A stretch of DNA of 64,000 nucleotides. Origin: Erysipelotrichaceae bacterium. GTDB taxonomy: Bacteria; Bacillota_I; Bacilli_A; Erysipelotrichales; Erysipelotrichaceae. The stretch covers positions 5,606-69,605 of the forward strand of contig JAFWEP010000035.1 of the NCBI GenBank assembly GCA_017512885.1. Direction: 5' to 3'. Shown here one piece after another: positions 36,976 to 48,253 of the stretch (its first letter is position 1; every line of letters starts with the position of its first letter). The notes under the pieces were generated by a model. It had not been told where the DNA came from. It did no database searches and was given only the letters and a program-made list of their open reading frames with translations. Both the position numbers and the translations under genes were made by a program.

Positions 36976-38619
36976 TTATTTGTTTTCTTCCGGCTTGTAT
37001 TTCAGCTTCTCCGGGATCTCATAGAGTCCGCCGGAGATCTCTGCGATCTCTTCCAGAGACTTCGCAGCAAGCAGGTCCTTATTGGCACGGCTTCTGTCGA
37101 TGCCCAGATCTTCCGGCAGAGCGACCTTGCCCTGACGGCGCAGGCTTTCGATCTCGGAAGCAGGTACCATATCGCCTAACGGAGTACCCTGAGCAACAGC
37201 GCCCATCAGCTTTCCTCTCTCGGCTGCATCCTTTGCAGTGTAGAGGTAAGCGATACCCTGTTCGGTAACGACATGGGTGACATCCTCACCGTACATCATG
37301 ACCGGAACGGAATCCATACCGGCATCCTTACCGATCTTGACCGCATCCAGTTCCGGAACGAAGGCCGGACCGAACTTGGAGGAGGACTTGATCATCTGAA
37401 CGTTCAGCTTGCGGCCGGAGATCAGAGAACCGTTGCCCGGTGCCATATCCATCCAGGCTTTCGTCGTATGACGACGGCCGCCGGTGGAGTTACCCATATT
37501 CGGAGCTCCGCCGTAACCGGAGAGACGTCCATTGGTGACCGTAGAAGAGTTACCGGCATAGTCCATCTGCAGCGTTCCGCCTAAGAACAGATCCATACCG
37601 TACAGACCGGCGCACTGTGCATAAGCACGGTTGGAACGGAGGGAGCCGTCCTTACCGGTGAAGAAGATATCCGGGTGAGCGGAAGTATACTTGTCCATGC
37701 CGACTTCGCCGCCGAAGGCAACGACAGACTTGACCCAGCCGTCTTCGATCGCCGGGATCAGCGTCGGATGCGGGTTCAGGACCCAGTTGGTGCAGATCTT
37801 GCCCTTCAGACCCAGTTCGTTACCGTAGGTCGGGAGCAGCAGTTCGATCGCGCATCCGTTGTAACCGATACCATGGTTCAGCGTCTTGACTTCGTGCTTT
37901 GCGTAGATGCCCTTGATGACCATCATCGCCTGCAGGATGTGAGCATCCTGGATCTTGCGCGGATCTCTGGTGAACAGCGGTACCATCGGGTAGGGCTGAT
38001 CAGCCTGAACGATGAAGTCGACCCAGTCGGACGGAATGTCGACGCGCGGCAGATCTTCGGTATCAACGATGCTGTTGACCTGAGCGATGACGATGCCATC
38101 CTTGAAGGCAGCAGCCTCGGTGATCATCGGGGTGTCTTCCGTGTTGAAACCGGTGTAGAGGTTACCGTTGCGGTCAGCCTTATCAGCAGCGATCAGGCAG
38201 ACGTTCGGGATCAGGTCGACATACATACGGCTGTAAAGTTCCAGATACGTATGGATGGCACCGATCTTCAGTTTGTGTTCTGCCAGCATCTGGGAGAGCT
38301 GTAAGCTCTGAACACCGGCAAAGGCGAAGTTAAGTTCCTCAGCAATGCCCTTCTCGAAGATCTCGAGGTGTTCATTACGGGAAATGGACGGGATCAGCAT
38401 GTTCAGGTGGTTGACCTTGGACGGATCCACTTTCGTCAGAGCACCGGCCAGGAATGCGGCCTGTTTCTGGTTGCAGCCCTCCAGTACGACTTTGTCATAA
38501 GGATGAATGACTGCTTCCAGCAGCTTGACGATGTCTTCGGTCGCGACGACTTTGCCGTCAGCGAACGAAGCGGCGTTGAGGCGCTCTTTTTTAGATTGTC
38601 TCTGTGTGTCCCACTTCAT
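36976..38619 (-). CDS. mdcA: Malonate decarboxylase alpha subunit homolog (acetyl-S-ACP:malonate ACP-transferase / CoA-transferase-like)
   Basis: 547 aa with long collinear similarity to MdcA/MadA as I remember them (LEGCNQKQAAFLA..., IGAIHTYLELYSRMYVDLIPNV..., DGIVIAQVN..., LNPHPTLIPAIEDGWV..., GGAPNMG). Confidence 0.85.
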   Translation of the reverse strand: MKWDTQRQSKKERLNAASFADGKVVATEDIVKLLEAVIHPYDKVVLEGCNQKQAAFLAGALTKVDPSKVNHLNMLIPSISRNEHLEIFEKGIAEELNFAFAGVQSLQLSQMLAEHKLKIGAIHTYLELYSRMYVDLIPNVCLIAADKADRNGNLYTGFNTEDTPMITEAAAFKDGIVIAQVNSIVDTEDLPRVDIPSDWVDFIVQADQPYPMVPLFTRDPRKIQDAHILQAMMVIKGIYAKHEVKTLNHGIGYNGCAIELLLPTYGNELGLKGKICTNWVLNPHPTLIPAIEDGWVKSVVAFGGEVGMDKYTSAHPDIFFTGKDGSLRSNRAYAQCAGLYGMDLFLGGTLQMDYAGNSSTVTNGRLSGYGGAPNMGNSTGGRRHTTKAWMDMAPGNGSLISGRKLNVQMIKSSSKFGPAFVPELDAVKIGKDAGMDSVPVMMYGEDVTHVVTEQGIAYLYTAKDAAERGKLMGAVAQGTPLGDMVPASEIESLRRQGKVALPEDLGIDRSRANKDLLAAKSLEEIAEISGGLYEIPEKLKYKPEENK

Positions 38620-38663
38620 AATGATTTGGTTCCTTTCTATATGCCTCCATCGTAACGATGCGC

Positions 38664-38705
38664 TTTCATAGCGTCTAATATAAGATTTGGTATTGTTTCA
38701 TAGCG
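38664..38705. promoter_or_regulatory. Direct repeat TTTCATAGCG x2 (32-nt spacing) in the mdcA/madL divergent control region
   Basis: Exact 10-mers at 38664-38673 and 38696-38705. A third TCATAGC sits at 38811-38817, and ATGCAT-N6-ATGCAT at 38859-38876. Confidence 0.4.
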
Positions 38706-39019
38706 GGATTGTTATTTTTCGTACAAAAGAATGGCATAAAGTTAACCGTCATTGGTTTCTGTCAAAGTCTCGTGAAAACAGGGTGTTTTATCTACAAATT
38801 TTTTTACAGATCATAGCTTATATAAGAACTGTGCAGTCATACAGGACTATTTCGGTCTATGCATAAGCAAATGCATTTTCTGTTATCAATTCGGTAATTC
38901 CTTCGGTAAATCTTAACAGTTTCGTTATATGTGATTGTTCAAACATATATTAGACACCGGAAATCATTCACCGCTATTCTTTGGCTATATTGATACAGGT
39001 GAAAGGAGTATTTAGAATC

Positions 39020-39379
39020 ATGGGTATTTATGGTTTAGGCATCATCGGCGCCTGCATGTTCGCCGGATGCTTCCTCGGAAACCTGCTGGGTGCCGCACTG
39101 GGTCTGAACAGTGATGTCGGCGGCGTAGGTTTTGCGATGGTCTTCTTTATTCTTATTCAGGTCTATCTTGCAAAGACCGGTAAGAAACTTCATCCGAAGA
39201 CGGAAGGCGGCATTGAATTCATCTCCGCCCTCTACATCCCGGTCGTTGTCGCTATGAGCATGAACCAGGATGTTTATTCCGCTGTTGCTTCCGGACTGGT
39301 TCCGATCATCTCCGGTATCCTGGCCGTTATCATCCCGCTTCTGTGCATTCCGCTCATCAGCAAGCTGGCGAAGGACTAA
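39020..39379 (+). CDS. madL: Malonate transporter subunit MadL
   Basis: Start at MGIYGLGIIGACMFAGCFLGNLLG behind AAAGGAG. It is about 120 aa with 4 TM helices and is paired with a MadM-like gene. Confidence 0.8.
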   Translation: MGIYGLGIIGACMFAGCFLGNLLGAALGLNSDVGGVGFAMVFFILIQVYLAKTGKKLHPKTEGGIEFISALYIPVVVAMSMNQDVYSAVASGLVPIISGILAVIIPLLCIPLISKLAKD

Positions 39380-39399
39380 GAAGAGGAGGTATCTGATAA

Positions 39400-40227
39400 A
39401 TGGCAATCTTTGCAAAAATGGCTGCCGGCTACGGCTTAGTCGGTTCCTTCATCCTCACTGCAGTTGTAACGTTCCTCGGCTACAAGGTAGCTGAACTGAT
39501 CGGTCAGAAGAGAATGGGCTCCGCCTTCGCGATCCTGCTCGCTCTGGTCGTTGCCTACATCGGCGGCGTCATCGCTCACAAGCAGATGGATGCCGGTGTC
39601 CTGACTTCCGCTTCCAAAGGTATCACCGATGTCGTCTACGCTGTCGGTTCCGGCGATTCCCTGAAGAAGTTTGCGATCTTCTCCGGTGTCGGTATCCTCG
39701 GCGGCGGTATGATGCGTGACTTTGCGATCATCTCCACAGCCTGGGGCATCGATCCGAAGAACCTGGTCAAGGCCGGTCTGGCAGGTATCGTTGCTCTGGC
39801 TCTCGGTCTCTTCTTCTCCTTCGCTATCGGCGTCGTTGTCGGTCTGATCTTCGGTTACAGAGATGTATACGAACTCGCTACGATCGGTGCCGGCGTTCAG
39901 ACCTTCGTTGTCGGTCCGGTCACAGGCGCTGCCTTCGGTGTCAGCTCTGACGTCGTCGCTCTGTCCATCGCTGCCGGTGCCGTCAAGTCCATCGCTGCGA
40001 TGATCATCGCTCCGCTGATCGCCAAGAAGATCAAGCTGGACAACCCGACTGCTGCCATGATCTTCGGCGGTCTGATCGGCTCTACTTCCGGTACTGCCGG
40101 CGGTCTGGCTGCTGTCGATGCCAAGCTGGTCCCCTACGGCGCCATGGTCGCTACCTTCTACACCGGCCTCGGCTGTCTGCTCACTCCAACAGTCTTCACG
40201 GCTGCGCTGCGTCTCTTCATCCACTAA
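39400..40227 (+). CDS. madM: Malonate transporter subunit MadM
   Basis: 275 aa, polytopic and Gly/Ala-rich, behind the RBS GAGGAGG. It starts 20 nt after madL. Confidence 0.8.
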   Translation: MAIFAKMAAGYGLVGSFILTAVVTFLGYKVAELIGQKRMGSAFAILLALVVAYIGGVIAHKQMDAGVLTSASKGITDVVYAVGSGDSLKKFAIFSGVGILGGGMMRDFAIISTAWGIDPKNLVKAGLAGIVALALGLFFSFAIGVVVGLIFGYRDVYELATIGAGVQTFVVGPVTGAAFGVSSDVVALSIAAGAVKSIAAMIIAPLIAKKIKLDNPTAAMIFGGLIGSTSGTAGGLAAVDAKLVPYGAMVATFYTGLGCLLTPTVFTAALRLFIH

Positions 40228-40254
40228 TTCAAATTCAATACTGTATCAAGGATC

Positions 40255-40282
40255 CAGACAGGCTTCGGCCTGTCTGTTTTTT
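40255..40282 (+). terminator. Intrinsic terminator after madM
   Basis: CAGACAGGC-TTCG-GCCTGTCTG-TTTTTT. Confidence 0.85.
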
Positions 40283-40389
40283 AATTGCGGAAGTTTTTAT
40301 CGTATTCCAAAAAAACTATTGACGGATTGTTAATAAATTATTATTCTTTTATTACAAAACGGCTATAAAGCATACCATGGAGGCTAACG

Positions 40390-41325
40390 ATGAATTTCCA
40401 CAGTTTGTATTTTTTCAAAAAAGTCGCTGAACTCCAGCATCTTACCAAAGCAGCCGAAAAACTCTTCATCTCCCAGCCCTCGCTGAGCCGCTCGATCTCC
40501 TCTCTGGAGGACGAGCTCGGGGTAAAGCTTTTTGACCGTGTAGGCAAAAGCATCGTCCTGAACGACTACGGGCGCATCGTCCTGCAGCATGCCGAAAACA
40601 TCTTCAAGGAAGAAGAAGCGATCCATTCCGAGATCGCCGACTTCAAGAAGGAAGGTTCCAAGACCGTCCACCTGTCCATGCGGGCCGGTACCCAGCACCT
40701 GGCCGAGCTCTTATACGGCTTTGCCCGTCTTTATCCCAACATCAAAGTCTCGACCCTGCAGGGCTATATCGAGAAAGAAGACTTTGAAAAGATGGATCTC
40801 CGGATCATCGCCCGCAACCAGAAAGAAACCAATCCCCATGAATTCCTCCTCTATTCCGAGCGGATCATGGTCGCTCTGCCGGCCGATCATCCTCTGGCCT
40901 TCCATAAGACCATCAATATCTCCGAACTGAAGGACCAGCATTTCGTCTCTCTGAAGAAAGGCAACGCTCTGCGTGATCTGCTGGACCAGTACTGCCTGAA
41001 TGCCGGTTTCGAACCGAATATCTTCATCGAATGCAACTCTGCCGAGACGGTCCGTAAGATGCTGCGTCTGGGCGGAAACATCTCGCTGGTACCGGAACTC
41101 TCCTGGGGCGGCATCTCCACCGACAACACCGTCCTGCGCCCGCTGTCCTCACCGCAGGGCACCCGTTACCTGTACCTGATCGAAAACAAGCCCTACCTCA
41201 GCGAATCGGCCAAGTGCTTCCGCGATTATACCCTGCAGTATTTCCGGGACATCGTCGAGAACGGACCGAATGCCTATATCTCCGGTCACTTCCAGAAAAA
41301 GAAAAAAACAGATAAGACCGTCTGA
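40390..41325 (+). CDS. LysR-family transcriptional regulator
   Basis: N-terminal HTH FKKVAELQHLTKAAEKLFISQPSLSRSISSLEDELGVKLFDR, followed by a periplasmic-binding-protein-like effector domain. Confidence 0.9.
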   Translation: MNFHSLYFFKKVAELQHLTKAAEKLFISQPSLSRSISSLEDELGVKLFDRVGKSIVLNDYGRIVLQHAENIFKEEEAIHSEIADFKKEGSKTVHLSMRAGTQHLAELLYGFARLYPNIKVSTLQGYIEKEDFEKMDLRIIARNQKETNPHEFLLYSERIMVALPADHPLAFHKTINISELKDQHFVSLKKGNALRDLLDQYCLNAGFEPNIFIECNSAETVRKMLRLGGNISLVPELSWGGISTDNTVLRPLSSPQGTRYLYLIENKPYLSESAKCFRDYTLQYFRDIVENGPNAYISGHFQKKKKTDKTV

Positions 41326-41444
41326 CAGGCGGTCTTATAACTGTTTCGGTATAAAGGATTCGAATTATTCTTGCATCGCCGTCTGAAAGAAGGACCTATA
41401 ATCGGTATATACAACCTTTTACTGCCGATTTGGAGGTCCTTCCT

Positions 41445-42386
41445 ATGAACAGTTTTCTCATGGCCCTCAATGCCGTCGTACCCATGTTCTGCATGCTGGG
41501 GCTGGGCTATTTCCTGAGACGCATCGCCTTCCTGGACGAAACGACCCTGAACCGCCTGAACAAGCTCTGCTTCAAGGTCTTCCTGGCCACCAATGTCTAC
41601 TACAACATCTATAAGACCGATATCGCCGAAGTCTTTAATGCCAGGCTGCTGCTCTATGCCTGTTTTTCACAGATCCTGGTCCTGGCCATCTCCGTAGCTG
41701 CCGCTCTGTTCACAGAGAAAGACAAAAAGAGACGGGGCGCCCTCGCCCACGGCATCTTCCATACCAATTTCGTCATCTTCGGCACCCTCATCGGTACGGC
41801 CATCTGCGGTGAAAACAATATCGGCGGCATCGTCCTGCTGATCGCCGTCATCGTCCCCCTCCAGAACATCCTTTCCGTAGCCCTGCTGGAACACTTCCGG
41901 GAAGGCGGCAGTTCCTCTCTTTCATCCACTCTGCGCTCGGTGCTGAAGAATCCTTACGTGATCGCTGCTCTGCTGGGCTTTGCCACCCAGCTGCTGCACA
42001 TTCACTTCCCGGACTTCCTGGCCGGGGTCTTCCGCGATCTCGGCCGCTGCGGCACCCCGCTGGCACTGATCGCCATGGGCGGTCTCTTCAACTTCGGTTC
42101 CATCAGGGACAATCTGCGTCCGATCTTCACCGGTGTCCTCTTCCGTCTGGTCATCGTTCCGACCCTGCTGATCGCCCTGACTCTGCTGCTGGGCTTCCGC
42201 GGCAATGAATTCGTCGCCCTGATGTGCATCTTCATCGCTCCCTGCGCTACAACTTCCTTCAACCTGGCCAGCCAGATGGATTCCGATGCCGATCTGGCCG
42301 GACAGCTGGTCGTCTTCACTTCCCTCTTCTCCCTGCTGACGATCTTCCTATGGATCTTCGGACTGAGTTCAGCCGGTATCTTCTAG
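41445..42386 (+). CDS. AEC (auxin efflux carrier) family permease, same family as the Klebsiella malonate carrier MdcF
   Basis: Start at MNSFLMALNAVVPMF behind GGAGG. About 10 TM helices. Confidence 0.8.
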   Translation: MNSFLMALNAVVPMFCMLGLGYFLRRIAFLDETTLNRLNKLCFKVFLATNVYYNIYKTDIAEVFNARLLLYACFSQILVLAISVAAALFTEKDKKRRGALAHGIFHTNFVIFGTLIGTAICGENNIGGIVLLIAVIVPLQNILSVALLEHFREGGSSSLSSTLRSVLKNPYVIAALLGFATQLLHIHFPDFLAGVFRDLGRCGTPLALIAMGGLFNFGSIRDNLRPIFTGVLFRLVIVPTLLIALTLLLGFRGNEFVALMCIFIAPCATTSFNLASQMDSDADLAGQLVVFTSLFSLLTIFLWIFGLSSAGIF

Positions 42387-42472
42387 GATGCGCTCAGAGG
42401 CATTTACAGGCCGTTTGAACGACTTTTTCCGGGAATTCGGATCAATACTCATTTCAAGGGAAAAACCAATAG

Positions 42473-42506
42473 AAAAGACCGGGATCGTGTGATCCCGGTC
42501 TTCTTT
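42473..42506. terminator. Bidirectional terminator between the AEC permease and eno
   Basis: A 12-bp stem AAGACCGGGATC / GATCCCGGTCTT with a GTGT loop, flanked by A/T runs. Confidence 0.8.
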
Positions 42507-42513
42507 GTCATAC

Positions 42514-44596
<2,083 letters not shown>

Positions 44597-44597
44597 C

Positions 44598-45797
44598 TTA
44601 TTTCTCCTCGATGATAGCGATGCCGGGCAGTTCCTTGCCTTCCATGTATTCCAGGGAAGCGCCGCCGCCGGTGGAGATGTGGCTGAACTTCTCAGCGAAG
44701 CCCAGGTTCTTGGCAGCAGATGCGGAATCACCGCCGCCGATGACGCTCATGCAGTCATCCAGCGCTGCGATCGCCTTGCAGACACCGGTCGTACCGGCTG
44801 CGAACTGTTCTCTTTCGAAGACACCCATCGGACCGTTCCAGAAGACGGTCTTGGCTCCTGCCAGTTCCTTGCTGAAGAGTTCGATGGACTTCGGACCGAT
44901 ATCCATGCCCATGTAGTCTTCCGGGATCTCGTTGGAAGCGACGACCTTGATGTCGGTCGGATTCTCGAAGTCGTTGGCGACAACGGTATCGACCGGCAGG
45001 ACCAGCTTGCCGGCGCCTTCTTCCAGGAACTTCTTCGCCGTCTCGATCTTGTCGGCTTCGAGCAGGGAAGTACCGACATTCCAGCCCTTGGCTGCATAGA
45101 AGGTGTAAGCCATGCCGCCGCCGACGATGACCTTGTCAGCCAGTTTCAGCAGGTTCTCGATGACACCGATCTTGTCGGAGACTTTCGCTCCGCCCAGGAC
45201 GGCAACGAAGGGACGCTTCGGATCATCCAGGGCCTTGCCCAGATACTTCAGTTCCTTTTCGATCAGGAAACCGACAGCGCTCGGCAGATGGCTCGGGATA
45301 CCGACGGTGGAAGCGTGTGCTCTGTGTACGGAGCCGAAGGCATCCGAGACATAGAGATCCCCGAGGGATGCCCAGTAGGCGCCCAGTTCGGGATCGTTCT
45401 TGGATTCGCCCTTTTCGTAACGGGTGTTCTGCATCAGCAGGACTTCCCCTTCCTTCAGTTCGGCAACCGCCTTTTCCAGGGCTTCTCCGCGGGTAGCGTT
45501 GACGAAGGTGACCTTGTTGTCAGGAAGCAGTTCCTGCAGACGTACGGCGACCGGAGCCATGTCGTTCTTCTTCTTGTCGGCTTCCGTCTTCTCCGGGTCC
45601 TTGTGGTCGACCTTTCCTAAGTGAGAGAGCAGGATGACTTTGGCGTCATTCTCCAGCAGATGTTTAATAGTAGGCAAAGCAGCCTGGATCCGGTTGTCGT
45701 CCGTGATCTTATCGCCCTTGTGCGGTACGTTGAAATCAACGCGGACGATGACCTTTTTTCCGGCAACATTCAGATCTGTGACCAGTTTCTTTCCCAT
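44598..45797 (-). CDS. pgk: Phosphoglycerate kinase
   Basis: [25 protein letters not shown]...[20 protein letters not shown]. Confidence 0.97.
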   Translation of the reverse strand: MGKKLVTDLNVAGKKVIVRVDFNVPHKGDKITDDNRIQAALPTIKHLLENDAKVILLSHLGKVDHKDPEKTEADKKKNDMAPVAVRLQELLPDNKVTFVNATRGEALEKAVAELKEGEVLLMQNTRYEKGESKNDPELGAYWASLGDLYVSDAFGSVHRAHASTVGIPSHLPSAVGFLIEKELKYLGKALDDPKRPFVAVLGGAKVSDKIGVIENLLKLADKVIVGGGMAYTFYAAKGWNVGTSLLEADKIETAKKFLEEGAGKLVLPVDTVVANDFENPTDIKVVASNEIPEDYMGMDIGPKSIELFSKELAGAKTVFWNGPMGVFEREQFAAGTTGVCKAIAALDDCMSVIGGGDSASAAKNLGFAEKFSHISTGGGASLEYMEGKELPGIAIIEEK

Positions 45798-45883
45798 GAT
45801 ATTTCCTCCTTCAGCCTTACTATTATACTACAGGAAAAGGGCCTTGTTAAAGGATTAACGATGCCTGTAAACGCTCTCAGGAA

Positions 45884-45911
45884 GAAAAAAGGAATATCCT
45901 TCGATATTCCT
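45884..45911 (-). terminator. Intrinsic terminator after tex
   Basis: Minus strand AGGAATATC-GAAG-GATATTCCT-TTTTTT. Confidence 0.8.
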
Positions 45912-45913
45912 CC

Positions 45914-48064
45914 TTACTTCAGTAAGCCTAAAGAGATCTTTCCCCTTTCCGGATCGACAGAAAGGACCTCCACTTCGATGATATCCCCGACAGAGACTGC
46001 TTCCCGCGGCGACTGCGAACGGCTGATATGCATCTTGCTGCGGTGGACCAGACCGTCATCGTGCAGACCGATATCGACGAAGGCGCCGAAGTCGACGACA
46101 TTGCGCACCGTGCCCTGCAGCCGGTCTCCGACCTGCAGGTCTTCGATCTTCAGGATGTCGCTGCGTAAGAGCGGGGCATCGTATTCATCGCGGTAATCGC
46201 GCAGCGGTTCCTTTAAGGCCGAAAGGATGTCTGCCACAGTGTAGGCATCGGAAGAGAGCTCTTCTGCGAGCTTCCCGGCGTCTTCCTTCTGCAGGGCTTC
46301 CTGCAGTTCCCGCGTACCGGGCTGCCAGGGAGCGTATCTTGCCAGGATCGCCCGGGCCGTCGGATAGCTCTCGGGATGGATGGAAGTGCCGTCCAGGACT
46401 TCCTTTCCGCCCTGGATGCGCAGGAAACCGGCACACTGCTGGAAAGCCTTGGCGCCGATGCCCTTGACCTTCAGCAGATCCTGACGGTCAGCAAACTTCC
46501 CCTTCTCATTGCGGTAGGCGACGATGTTTTTTGCCAGCGAAGCGCTGAGACCGGAGACGTGGGTCAGCAGTTCCGGCGAAGCAGTCGCCAGATCGGCACC
46601 GACCCGGTTGACTGCCTTTTCCACGACGAAGTCCAGACGCTGGCGCAGTTCCTTCTTCGGCAGATCGTGCTGATACTGCCCGACGCCGATGCTTTCGGGA
46701 TCGATCTTGATCAGTTCCGAGAGCGGATCGAGGATCCGGCGGGCGATCGAGACCGCACTGCGCTCTTCGACTTCCAGGTCCGGGAATTCCGCCCGGGCGA
46801 TATCGCCGGCAGAGTAGACGCTGGCGCCGGCTTCGGAAACGATCGTGTACTGGGTGCGCAGTCCGTTGCGGCGGATCACGTCTGCTACGAAGGCTTCCGA
46901 TTCCCGGGAGGCAGTGCCGTTGCCGATGGCGATGATGTCGACGTCGTATCTCTTTATCAGTTCCAGCAGGGTCTTCTCGGAAGAAACCTTCTGACGGTCT
47001 CCGAAGGTCGGGAAGATCTTGGCCACTTCCAGCATCCTTCCGGTCTTGTCGACTACCGCCAGCTTGCAGCCGTGGGCATAGCCGGGGTCGAAGCCCAGCA
47101 CCGTACGTCCTTTTAAAGGTGCCTGCAGCAGCAGTTTCTCAACGTTCTCGGAGAAAACTTCGATCGAAGCGGCCTGAGCCTTCTCGCTGCATTCATTGCG
47201 GACTTCTCTTTCCAGGGAAGGATAGGCCAGACGTTTCAATCCGTCGGCGACCGCATCTTCGATATCATCGATGGTGATGCCGTTCCTGCCGCCGGTCATC
47301 TTCAGCAGGGCGAAACGTTCCAGTTTGTCCTTGTTGTAGTCGAGGGTAACGGTGATGACGTTCTCCTTCTCAGCCCGGTCGATCGCCATCGTCCGGTGCG
47401 GCTCCAGCAGACGCAGCGGTTCATTGTGATCGTAATAGAGCTGATAGGTCTTCTTTTCGTCTTTGGCATCCTTGCGGACCTTGGTGATGATCCTGCCGTT
47501 GCGGAAGATCTCCTGCCGGATCTGATCACGGATCAAAGGCGAATCGGCACAGACTTCGGCCAGGATGTCTCTTGCGCCCTGCAGAGCAGCTTCCGCATCG
47601 GGAACTTCCTCGTTCAGGTATTTCTTCGCTTCCTGATAGACATTGCCGTAGTGCGGCAGTTCCAGCATCCAGTCGGCCAGCGGCTGCAGGCCCTTCCTTC
47701 TGGCTTCGGAAGCTCTCGTCTTCTTCTTCTGTTTGTAGGGACGGTAGATGTCTTCCACTTCGGAAAGCTTCTCCGCCTTCGCTAAAGCTTCTTTGATCTC
47801 TTCGCTCAGCTGCCCCTGCGCTTCGATCAGCCGGGCGACATCCTCCTTGCGCTGGGCAAGGTTCTTCGCATAGCGGAAGGCTTCATCGATGGCACGGATC
47901 TGTTCCTCATCCAGATTCCCGGTCACTTCCTTGCGGTAACGGGCAATAAAGGGAACGGTGGCATCTTCCGCCAGCAGATCCAGGACCGCTTTGGCCTGCC
48001 GGGCGCTGACACCGGCCTCGGCAGCGGCTTTCTGTATCAGTTTCTCTTCCTGATTCTCGTTCAT
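45914..48064 (-). CDS. tex: Tex-like transcription accessory protein (S1 domain)
   Basis: 716 aa: ...ATVPFIARYRKEVTG..., YqgF/HhH region, and a C-terminal S1 domain (GTVRNVVDFGAFVDIG). Confidence 0.9.
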   Translation of the reverse strand: MNENQEEKLIQKAAAEAGVSARQAKAVLDLLAEDATVPFIARYRKEVTGNLDEEQIRAIDEAFRYAKNLAQRKEDVARLIEAQGQLSEEIKEALAKAEKLSEVEDIYRPYKQKKKTRASEARRKGLQPLADWMLELPHYGNVYQEAKKYLNEEVPDAEAALQGARDILAEVCADSPLIRDQIRQEIFRNGRIITKVRKDAKDEKKTYQLYYDHNEPLRLLEPHRTMAIDRAEKENVITVTLDYNKDKLERFALLKMTGGRNGITIDDIEDAVADGLKRLAYPSLEREVRNECSEKAQAASIEVFSENVEKLLLQAPLKGRTVLGFDPGYAHGCKLAVVDKTGRMLEVAKIFPTFGDRQKVSSEKTLLELIKRYDVDIIAIGNGTASRESEAFVADVIRRNGLRTQYTIVSEAGASVYSAGDIARAEFPDLEVEERSAVSIARRILDPLSELIKIDPESIGVGQYQHDLPKKELRQRLDFVVEKAVNRVGADLATASPELLTHVSGLSASLAKNIVAYRNEKGKFADRQDLLKVKGIGAKAFQQCAGFLRIQGGKEVLDGTSIHPESYPTARAILARYAPWQPGTRELQEALQKEDAGKLAEELSSDAYTVADILSALKEPLRDYRDEYDAPLLRSDILKIEDLQVGDRLQGTVRNVVDFGAFVDIGLHDDGLVHRSKMHISRSQSPREAVSVGDIIEVEVLSVDPERGKISLGLLK

Positions 48065-48074
48065 GGTTCCTCCT

Positions 48075-48105
48075 GTAAAAAAGCCCTAAGCTATTCCTTA
48101 GGGCT
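48075..48105 (-). terminator. Intrinsic terminator downstream of the MATE gene
   Basis: Minus strand AGCCCTAAG-GAATAG-CTTAGGGCT-TTTTTT. Confidence 0.75.
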
Positions 48106-48253
48106 CTTCTTTTTACTTTCTTCGATCCCGTAAAGGGCACATTTTTCCTGATATTCTTTTTCGGCCTCTTCCAGCTCTTTCAGGATCTCATCCAGATCTT
48201 TGTTCATGACTACGATTGTAGCAGACTCTTTGGAAATGTATAGTCTTGACTTT

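Noticed and set aside
38700-39019. Looked for a riboswitch or attenuator in the long madL 5' region.
   Set aside because: No terminator/antiterminator pair or recognisable aptamer motif. It is treated as promoter/operator DNA.
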